The notes under the pieces were generated by a model that was given only the letters and a program-made list of their open reading frames with translations, was not told where the DNA came from and ran no database searches. DNA of 35,590 bases from Thermoplasmata archaeon. GTDB taxonomy: Archaea > Thermoplasmatota > Thermoplasmata > Halarchaeoplasmatales > Halarchaeoplasmataceae. Below are positions 18,683 to 26,542 of the stretch, one piece after another; within the stretch, counting starts at the first letter, position 1, and each line of letters opens with the position of its first letter. Location: the NCBI GenBank assembly GCA_007129655.1, contig SKVC01000063.1, positions 1-35,590 on the forward strand, given 5' to 3'. The position numbers and the translations under genes were made by a program.

Positions 18683-20064
18683 GGCTCCCGAAAATGGGTG
18701 TGCAGCGGGCACGAAAGAGGAAGCGGGAAAGTAGGTCGAAGTATGTTTCCATCATTATCGTCTTTCTGATTATGGTCGTGGTAGTGCTGGGCGGTGCGAT
18801 GTTGTCCGATACTAACTACAGTTCAAGTGCATACGATTACAGGACGAGAAGTCCACCCGGCTGGAGCGAGGATGTGAGGATATCGTACAATTCTACTTCC
18901 GATCGAGAACCAGCAATTGCAGTTGAAGGTGAAGTTGTACATATTGTGTGGAGGAGTACATGGTTTGGAGGACAAATATTTTACACTAAATCAAATGATG
19001 CGGGAGAAAACTGGAACGAGCCAGTGATGATAGGTCCTTTGGATTATGGTTGTATGAGACCAGATATTGCTGTTAGCGGTGATGATGTGCATGTGGTATG
19101 GGAGAACAATAACGCTTCGGCCCGGGAGATTAGGTATCTGAGGTCTGTTGATGGTGGTGACACATGGCTCCCCGAACGGATGATCTCCAGCGACGACGGG
19201 AATAACTCGCAGGCCCCGAAGATCGCCGTGAGCGAGGACGGGATGGACGTGCATGTTGTCTGGGTCGATAGCAGGCATGCGGATGAGTCGTTTCCTCCTA
19301 ACCTCGAACTGTACTACAACCGCAGTCATGATAGAGGCTTGACATGGGAAGGAGAAATGCGTCTTACCGAGGCAGATTATGAATCAACAGGACCGAATAT
19401 AGCTGTTGTGGGGTCTTCAGTACACGTAGTTTGGATGGACGAACGTGCCGGAAAGTGGGATATTTATTACAGGCACTCACTTGACAGGGGAGCGACATGG
19501 GATGGAGAGGTTATAATATCCGACAGCCCTAATCACGAAGGGCCGGCAGACGTAGCTACATCTGGAGAGACCATACATGTGGTTTGGGATCGAACCGTAT
19601 CTGGCGAAGACTTGATCCTTCACCGTATGTCTACGGACAACGGAGGAACATGGAGCGAATCACAGGTTCTTACAACTTCACCCGTTCGAGCAGTTCGACC
19701 AAGAATAGTTACAAATGGAGATGAAGTACATATGGTGTGGTTTGACGGACGAGATGGGGGAAATGAAATATATTATAAGAACTATGTATCTGAAGTCTGG
19801 GGAGCAGACACCAGACTTACATACACGGACAATAGCGAATCACTGAGTCCTAACATAGCCATTGATAACGATAAAATACATGTAGTATGGCATGATGACA
19901 GGGATGGAGATCTCCCAGAGATTTATTACAAACGTAACCCCGATTTTATCAATGTGCCTGAGTTTGGACATGTATTACTCCCTGTAATCGTAACAATCAT
20001 TATTTACGTTATTTATATATATAATCAGAAAAAAGAAAAACATAAAAGGAGGACAAAAACATGA
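18676..20064 (+). CDS. Gene C: BNR/Asp-box beta-propeller protein with PEF-CTERM anchor, paralog of gene A
   Basis: N-terminal TM/signal, repeated H(V/I)VW...IYY..S.D.G.TW blades, VPEF + TM + basic tail. Confidence 0.88.
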   Translation: MVRLPKMGVQRARKRKRESRSKYVSIIIVFLIMVVVVLGGAMLSDTNYSSSAYDYRTRSPPGWSEDVRISYNSTSDREPAIAVEGEVVHIVWRSTWFGGQIFYTKSNDAGENWNEPVMIGPLDYGCMRPDIAVSGDDVHVVWENNNASAREIRYLRSVDGGDTWLPERMISSDDGNNSQAPKIAVSEDGMDVHVVWVDSRHADESFPPNLELYYNRSHDRGLTWEGEMRLTEADYESTGPNIAVVGSSVHVVWMDERAGKWDIYYRHSLDRGATWDGEVIISDSPNHEGPADVATSGETIHVVWDRTVSGEDLILHRMSTDNGGTWSESQVLTTSPVRAVRPRIVTNGDEVHMVWFDGRDGGNEIYYKNYVSEVWGADTRLTYTDNSESLSPNIAIDNDKIHVVWHDDRDGDLPEIYYKRNPDFINVPEFGHVLLPVIVTIIIYVIYIYNQKKEKHKRRTKT

Positions 20065-23000
20065 AAATAGATGAGAAAATATTGAGCATATTGGCTACAC
20101 TACTGATACTGCTAAGTTCAGTAGCTGTAACCGGAGTATCGAGCATTTCGTACGAAGAAGAAACGAACGAATCGACTATGATATATCACAGTGAAGAAGA
20201 TATGACGTCCTTGAGTGGAAAGCTGACCGACACTTTTCTGAAAGTCGAAAGTGTCAGAGCAGATAGTCCCGTGGTATATCTCGATCGGAATAATAATATC
20301 TCCGTGAAAATATTAAATTCTGGAGCAAATGTAGGGGATGAATCCTACACCGAGAACATAACCGCTTCAATCGAAGACATCGAAGCTCTCCTTGAATTAT
20401 ACTCAAATAATCCAAGAAACAAACTCCTGGAAAAAGCGATAGAGAGTCTTGAGGAGGCTCTGTTGCTGGTGTCGGAACATCAACGAGAGGAATCTATAAA
20501 ATCGGTACGTCAAGCGGTTGTACATCTTCACGCAGCCGGCCAGGGTAGGCATGGGATACCGAGAGAAGATGTGATAACCGCACTGGCGGAGACTGTCGAA
20601 CTGAAAGTTTGGACAGTGATAGAACAGGCGAGAAGTAGCTTCGGGTCTGAACATCCTGATGTGCATGAAGCGGAGGACATATACGAAGATGCCGTAGATA
20701 AGCTCGAAGACGGGAAGTATATACCAGCGATGAATCGTTTCAGGAAAGCCTTTGAAATAGTGCTTGGTGCGTATGTATGTGATGTTAACCTTGAACTATA
20801 TTCATGGATGAGAGACGGTTATGAGAGCGAGATCGGGAGTGGGTACATAGAGTCATTTGAAGCCGAATCGTACGAAGTTATTACGATAACATGGAATCCT
20901 ACTAGAAGAGGGATAAATTATGTGAGGGTGAATATAGCGGGTGAGTACATTGTCTATAGCTCGGATGGAGAGGCGGAGGAAAGCCCTACTAAGACATTTA
21001 GCTTCGGCTTTGTAGTTACATCTGAGGATGATGAAGAAGAAAGGTGGGGGCCAGGTGGTCCTGGGGCAGGTTATCATGATTATAGTAATGTTAGCGCAGA
21101 TGAGGGTATACGTTATCGTGATGGACCACGAATAATTTTTGTCGAGGATAGTAATCTAACCATCGAATCGGGCGCAGCGCTACAGCTCAACGAGTCGATA
21201 ACTCTTGTGATGGAGAATGAATATGCTGAACAATTTTCGATTGTCATCGAACCCGATGCAGCATTCATCATCGAGAGCGAAGTAGGTGATGATATTTCAA
21301 CGATAATTACAGCACCTAACCGTAATACATACCCATTCCTAAACCACGGCACAGTCCACTTCACCGGTGCTTCCGTTATGAAGACCTTTGGGAACCGTAG
21401 CGATCTCGAAGAGCCCGCCGGCATACAGAACCTCCCCGGGAGCACTTGCATACTCGACAACACAAACGTACTCGAAGCCGACACCCACAGCGTGTACGTT
21501 ACAGGTAATACGGAAGCACATATTCGAGGAACCGAAACGATAATCGGTCGGTTGGATGAACACAACGAGAACATAGCTACGGGACATGGGGTCTTCGTCG
21601 ATGGAGCTACATCGCATATCGAGAATGTGACAGTGCAACACAACCAGATGAATGGAATAAAAATTTTGTCATCTAGCTACAACAACATAACAAACAACAT
21701 CTTGTTGACCAACAACATTGGCATATATTTAAGATTCGCACACGACAACCTTATCAACAATAACACTGCGCCATCTAACGACGAGTATGGAATTTACCTT
21801 ATGAAATCCGAAAGAAACACTATTACCAACAACACAGTCAAAACTAACTACCGCGGTTATTATGGTATTTATCTTCGGGAGTCTAATAGCAACACTCTTG
21901 AGAACAATAGTGCAAATTCGAATTCCGAAGGTATTTTGCTCATGTTGTCATCAAACAATAAAATACATAACAACACCGCCAACTCGAATGACTTCCGAGG
22001 TATTTACCTAAGCGCGTCCTCGGACAACACCATCACCAACAACATCGCCAACTCGAATAATTGGGCCGGCATCTACTTTGATACCGACTCTAGCTACAAC
22101 GTCATTGGGAACAATGACCTCTCAAAAAATGGTTTTGGCATCGTCATCCAGAGGTCATCCAACAATATTATCCAGAATAATATTGCAACCATGACTGTAG
22201 ACCGCAGTATCTACCTCCTAGCCTCATCTAACAACAACACTATTTACAACAATACCGCCAATTCGGAGTACAGACACGGTATATACCTTCAGAGATCTCA
22301 CTACAATACCATCTCTAACAACGATGTATCAGACAACGATAGGGATGGAATCTATATCGAGTGGTCCAGTAATAACATTCTGAAGAAAAACATAGCTTAT
22401 TTCAATGGCTACAACGGCATCTACCTATATTCATCTTGCAACAATACAATCATTAACAATCTCGCAAAAGACAACAATAGAGATGGATTCTACCTCGATA
22501 TGTCTGACGGGACCAAAATTGTCAACAACACCGTTTTGAACAACAATTACGGTATCTATCTCTCATCTTCTAAAAACAACACCATCGCCAACAATACCCT
22601 ATCGAACAATTACCACGGAATCTACATGGAGGGTTCTTCTTCGTCGATCATCAGGAACAACCGCATAGGCACGGCCTACTATTCCGTTGAAAACGAACTC
22701 GTGTACGGACCAGCCAGCGGTGGCGAAACATGGCCATTCTATTTAGATAACGAGTATATATCAGAATGCACCCTCTATCTCGATAACGGTTACGAGCTGT
22801 ATGAATTGACGGAAGGAGTTGATTATATTTTAGACTATGAACAGGGTGAGATATACTTGATCGACTGGACATTGAGTACTGGTGACATCATCTATGCGGA
22901 CTACACTTACCTGATACCAAACGACGGCAATATCTATGGGATATACAGTATTGAATCATCTCCAACGATAGAGGGCAATAAGATCATTTGGAATGAGAAA

Positions 23001-24047
23001 GACGGAATACATATAGACAACTATGGAGATCTTACTCACACACCGGTAATCAAAGACAATACGATCTACGGCCATCGGGACGGTGTGGGTGTAAACGTGC
23101 TCAACTCGGCTGTACTGATAAAAGATAATCTCATCGCCAGTAACAGGGACGGTGGGATAATTATGTATAACTCCACAGGTGAGATAAATCAGAACATAAT
23201 CAATGGTAACTGCCGTCCGTGGTCATACACACCACCGGAGTGGATGTATACAGGGATACATCTACTCCAATCCGATAACGTATGGATACATAATAACAAT
23301 CTCTCTTCCAATCGTGTAAATATCGCTATTGAACAGTCCTCCAACATAAATATCGAGTGGAATGAAATAATAGATCAACCCGCAATCGAGATCAAGATAT
23401 ATCCTCCTCCGCCATCGACACGTGGTATAATCTCCATTGATTCTCAAAGCGAGATATCGAACAATACCATCAGAGGTACTTCTTATGGAATGATTATCGA
23501 ATATGCAGATGATACTACAATAATCAACGACAACAAGTTCTATCCCATGGAAGAATACGGGGCGCTCAATGCACTACACCTGAAGTGGTCCTCGCCGATA
23601 ATAAAGAACAATAATTTCTCTCATGCGGAGGGTTGGGGTATTTACTCGATCTACGGAGCTCCCGCCAACAGCGGAGTCAACGGAACTCAACTGATCGAGG
23701 AGAATACATTTGGTTATTGTGGTCAAGGATGGGTAGTGCAGTACTGGCGGTTCCAGGTACGCGTTTTAGAACATGATGAAGCCGTTGAAGGCGCCGATGT
23801 CGTGATCTGGGACAATCTCGGTGGCGCTGCGGTATGGGAAGGAACCACCGACGAAAACGGTGATACAGACGAAATCGTTCTGCCCCAGTATTCGTGGGAT
23901 TCCGAAGGAGAGAAGACACAGTATTCACCCTATACGGTATTGGTAGATTCCGATTACTGGTACCTCATATCATATATCCATCTGGAATCGAATATCCTGC
24001 TGGAAGTTGATGTCGGTACGGGGGATCATACGATAAAACCATACTGA
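20061..24047 (+). CDS. Gene D: large secreted parallel beta-helix (NosD/CASH repeat) protein
   Basis: Signal peptide, shared chassis with gene B, many N.I.NN.A..N...GIYL..S repeats, C-terminal VEGADVVIWD..GTTDENG beta-sandwich. ATGA overlap with gene C. Confidence 0.88.
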   Translation: MKIDEKILSILATLLILLSSVAVTGVSSISYEEETNESTMIYHSEEDMTSLSGKLTDTFLKVESVRADSPVVYLDRNNNISVKILNSGANVGDESYTENITASIEDIEALLELYSNNPRNKLLEKAIESLEEALLLVSEHQREESIKSVRQAVVHLHAAGQGRHGIPREDVITALAETVELKVWTVIEQARSSFGSEHPDVHEAEDIYEDAVDKLEDGKYIPAMNRFRKAFEIVLGAYVCDVNLELYSWMRDGYESEIGSGYIESFEAESYEVITITWNPTRRGINYVRVNIAGEYIVYSSDGEAEESPTKTFSFGFVVTSEDDEEERWGPGGPGAGYHDYSNVSADEGIRYRDGPRIIFVEDSNLTIESGAALQLNESITLVMENEYAEQFSIVIEPDAAFIIESEVGDDISTIITAPNRNTYPFLNHGTVHFTGASVMKTFGNRSDLEEPAGIQNLPGSTCILDNTNVLEADTHSVYVTGNTEAHIRGTETIIGRLDEHNENIATGHGVFVDGATSHIENVTVQHNQMNGIKILSSSYNNITNNILLTNNIGIYLRFAHDNLINNNTAPSNDEYGIYLMKSERNTITNNTVKTNYRGYYGIYLRESNSNTLENNSANSNSEGILLMLSSNNKIHNNTANSNDFRGIYLSASSDNTITNNIANSNNWAGIYFDTDSSYNVIGNNDLSKNGFGIVIQRSSNNIIQNNIATMTVDRSIYLLASSNNNTIYNNTANSEYRHGIYLQRSHYNTISNNDVSDNDRDGIYIEWSSNNILKKNIAYFNGYNGIYLYSSCNNTIINNLAKDNNRDGFYLDMSDGTKIVNNTVLNNNYGIYLSSSKNNTIANNTLSNNYHGIYMEGSSSSIIRNNRIGTAYYSVENELVYGPASGGETWPFYLDNEYISECTLYLDNGYELYELTEGVDYILDYEQGEIYLIDWTLSTGDIIYADYTYLIPNDGNIYGIYSIESSPTIEGNKIIWNEKDGIHIDNYGDLTHTPVIKDNTIYGHRDGVGVNVLNSAVLIKDNLIASNRDGGIIMYNSTGEINQNIINGNCRPWSYTPPEWMYTGIHLLQSDNVWIHNNNLSSNRVNIAIEQSSNINIEWNEIIDQPAIEIKIYPPPPSTRGIISIDSQSEISNNTIRGTSYGMIIEYADDTTIINDNKFYPMEEYGALNALHLKWSSPIIKNNNFSHAEGWGIYSIYGAPANSGVNGTQLIEENTFGYCGQGWVVQYWRFQVRVLEHDEAVEGADVVIWDNLGGAAVWEGTTDENGDTDEIVLPQYSWDSEGEKTQYSPYTVLVDSDYWYLISYIHLESNILLEVDVGTGDHTIKPY

Positions 24048-24414
24048 GAACATTAAATCTTCTCGAACTCGATGTGATGCAAAGGGGATATCAGCTAACA
24101 GGTCGCTGACAGAACAGGGTTGGAGATAATATGCTATCGAGAGGTATGCTGAAAGGATGTTAACGGTATCCTTGAATAGGGAGTGATCATCTACCACTCG
24201 CTTTCAGACGTACTAGCACAATGGATGAGAGTGATCCTTTATCTGCAATTTACGCTCTGTTAAAAGTGTATTGAACCGAATAGATAATGGACAATGCCAA
24301 AAGTTCTAAAAAACTTTTCGCTGTCCACTAAAAAGTGTTTTAATGAACATATCAGAAAGCTTGCGCTTTATAATAGATCGTCTATAGACTCACCCGACTT
24401 ACATTACAATAAGA

Positions 24415-24446
24415 ATTTGCCCGTAAATTGGCGTTAGTATCATTCA
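24415..24446 (+). repeat. Right copy of island-flanking direct repeat
   Basis: ATTTGCCCGTAAATTG at 24415-24430, with dyad AATTT-GCCCGT-AAATT. Confidence 0.8.
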
Positions 24447-24614
24447 GAATGCTATCGCATTCTAAAAACTCGTGAAGCAGAGCTTCCCTCGCCAGCAGGA
24501 ATGCAGAGCATTCCTCCAGCTCGTAAATCATAGATTTACTCGTCTCCCCCTCGGCGCTTTTTACAATTCGAATATTCATGAGAATTTAAAAAACAAGAAG
24601 AATCTTTGATTCTT
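24446..24614. repeat. Array of short perfect hairpins (REP/MITE-like or structured ncRNA)
   Basis: AGAATGC-TATC-GCATTCT, GAAGC-AGA-GCTTC, AGGAATGC-AGA-GCATTCCT, GTAAATC-ATA-GATTTAC and AAGAATC-TTT-GATTCTT. Confidence 0.7.
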
Positions 24615-24710
24615 TGGAGTCTTCATAACTTCCGAACAATGTGATGAAGTTTGAAGGTGAAGAAAATATTTGATTTTGTGTACCTTTTTATTTTACCCGC
24701 TTTGTTTTTT

Positions 24711-24730
24711 ATAAAAATAAGGGAAGGGGT
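24711..24730 (-). terminator. Pyrimidine/oligo-T tract after the thermosome gene
   Basis: Minus strand CCCCTTCCCTTATTTTTAT about 30-50 nt after the stop, typical of archaeal terminators. Confidence 0.4.
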
Positions 24731-24761
24731 TTTTAGTCTGTTATAGTTGGTATGGCCGAGC

Positions 24762-26420
24762 TTACATCATGCCGCCCATGCCGCCCATTCCTGGTGGCAT
24801 TCCGCCGGCTCCCGGTGGCATTCCGCCTTCGCCGCCACCGCCGCCTTTGGATGCGACTACGTCGTCGATCCTGAGGATCATGTTGGCGACTTCGGTAGCT
24901 GCCTGGATGGCCTGGTTCTTTACACGGAAGGGCTCGATTACCTTGCCCTCGATCATATCGATTATCTCTCCGCTGATGATCTCGATCCCGTGGGTGTGCT
25001 TGCCGTCTTTCTCGTGGGCAGCGTTCAGCTTCATGAGTATGTCGATACCGTCCATACCTGCGTTCTCCGCAAGTGTGCGGGGTATTATGGAGAGTGCCGA
25101 TGCGTATGCTCTTATAGCAAGCTGTTCACGACCTTCAACGGTGTCCGCATAGTCCTCGAGTTTATTCCTTAGCTCGATCTCCGTAGCACCGCCGCCGGGC
25201 AATATTGCGCCGTCTTCGATGGCTACAGCGACTACCTTGAGTGCATCGTGTATAGCTCTCTCAAGCTCGTCGACTATATGGGATGTACCGCCTCTGAGTA
25301 ACAGAGATACGGACTTACCTTTGTCTGCTCCTTCTATGAAAGTCATGTGATCGTCGGCTATCAGCTTTTCGTGTACCGAATCTGCTTTGCCCAGATCTTT
25401 CTTTGTTAGATCCTTCAGATTGGTAACGACCTTGGCTCCGGTAGCTTTGGCCAGCTTCTTCATGTCGGATTTCTTGACACGGCGTATCGCAAAGATACCT
25501 TTCTTAGCCAGGTAGTGCTGTGCTAGATCATCGATGCCTTTCTGGCATAGGAGTACGTTTGCTCCAGCCTTGACGACGTAATCCACCATGTCTTTTATGG
25601 ATTTTTCTTCTTCATCAAGGAATTGCTGCAGTTGATCAGGACTGGTTATCTCTATTTCAGCGTCCATCTCTGTGTTCTTGATCTCGATCGCGGAATCCAA
25701 CAATGCGATCTTAGCATCCTTTACTTCCTTGGGCATGCTGGGATGGAGTCGTTCTTTATCAAGTATCAAGCCGTTGATGAGTTCCGATCGATTCACACTA
25801 GCGCCAGCTTTCTTCTCGACTTTGATGTTATCTATATCGACTACGAAGTTACCGTCTTCCTTTTCGGCGACCTGTTTTACCGCTGTTACCACCATATTGG
25901 CTAGTTCTATCTTGTTGCCTTCGATGGATTTACCGGTCATCGCGGTCATTGCGACATCCTTCAAAAGTTCTACATCGTCTATGTCGATCTCTATCTTAGA
26001 TTCTTCAAGAATTTCACCGGCCCTGATCGCGGCCATCCTGAATCCCTTGGCTATTATGCTGGGATGGACTTTCTGTTCGATGAGATCCTCGGCGTGTTTC
26101 AAGAATTCTCCGGATAGTACCACAACAGTTGTGGTTCCGTCACCGCATTCATCGTCCTGACTCTCGGCTACCTCGACTACCATCTTGGCAGCCGGGTGTT
26201 CGATGTCAATTTCGCTAAGTATAGTTGCACCATCGTTGGTGATCACAACGTCGCCCAGGCTGTCAACGAGCATCTTGTCCATGCCCTTTGGTCCTAGGGT
26301 AGTTCTAACCGCGTCAGCGATGGCTTTTGCGGCTGCGATGTTCTTTTTCTGAGCATCGCTGCCTCGTTCGCGTGTCGTGCCTTCTTTTAACAGTAATATT
26401 GGTTGGTTTCCTCCAAACAT
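24762..26420 (-). CDS. ths: Thermosome subunit (group II chaperonin)
   Basis: [36 protein letters not shown] and a GGM-rich tail. SD AGGTGG. Confidence 0.98.
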   Translation of the reverse strand: MFGGNQPILLLKEGTTRERGSDAQKKNIAAAKAIADAVRTTLGPKGMDKMLVDSLGDVVITNDGATILSEIDIEHPAAKMVVEVAESQDDECGDGTTTVVVLSGEFLKHAEDLIEQKVHPSIIAKGFRMAAIRAGEILEESKIEIDIDDVELLKDVAMTAMTGKSIEGNKIELANMVVTAVKQVAEKEDGNFVVDIDNIKVEKKAGASVNRSELINGLILDKERLHPSMPKEVKDAKIALLDSAIEIKNTEMDAEIEITSPDQLQQFLDEEEKSIKDMVDYVVKAGANVLLCQKGIDDLAQHYLAKKGIFAIRRVKKSDMKKLAKATGAKVVTNLKDLTKKDLGKADSVHEKLIADDHMTFIEGADKGKSVSLLLRGGTSHIVDELERAIHDALKVVAVAIEDGAILPGGGATEIELRNKLEDYADTVEGREQLAIRAYASALSIIPRTLAENAGMDGIDILMKLNAAHEKDGKHTHGIEIISGEIIDMIEGKVIEPFRVKNQAIQAATEVANMILRIDDVVASKGGGGGEGGMPPGAGGMPPGMGGMGGMM

Positions 26421-26456
26421 TTTTCTACCACCTGTAATTTTTTTAGTATCTTTTGC

Positions 26457-26475
26457 TATATAGAGGTTCTATATA
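26457..26475. promoter_or_regulatory. Palindrome TATATAGA-GGT-TCTATATA over the thermosome TATA region
   Basis: 8-bp perfect arms about 40-55 nt upstream of the thermosome ATG. Confidence 0.45.
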
Positions 26476-26542
26476 TAGTTTACTATCTGTCTCCGTCGAA
26501 AAATACACAAATATTTTAACCATCATACATGTGCATTCTAAT

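Larger units (their letters stand above)
13253..24446. mobile_element. Putative genomic island: toxin-antitoxin pair plus paralogous surface-protein cassettes
   Basis: Flanked by a direct repeat, lies between housekeeping tmk and thermosome, and contains a TA module, pseudogene fragments and duplicated genes. No integrase or transposase seen. Confidence 0.5.

Noticed and set aside
21650-22670. AAC-rich repetitive tract in gene D as a DGR template or variable repeat
   Set aside because: It encodes the Asn ladder of NosD/beta-helix repeats. There is no reverse transcriptase, and paralog mismatches are not adenine-specific.
24050-24110. Off-frame NLLELDV resembling the gene D end NILLEVDV
   Set aside because: The match is too short to call a duplicated tail.
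24446-24540. Hairpin array as a mini-CRISPR
   Set aside because: Units are not identical repeats, the period is too short for repeat plus spacer, and there are no cas genes.
24382-24579. 65-aa ORF in the right junction
   Set aside because: It runs through the hairpin and repeat region and has no recognisable protein features; likely spurious.
24765-24850. GC-rich short tandem repeats
   Set aside because: They encode the ordinary GGM/GGMPP chaperonin tail.
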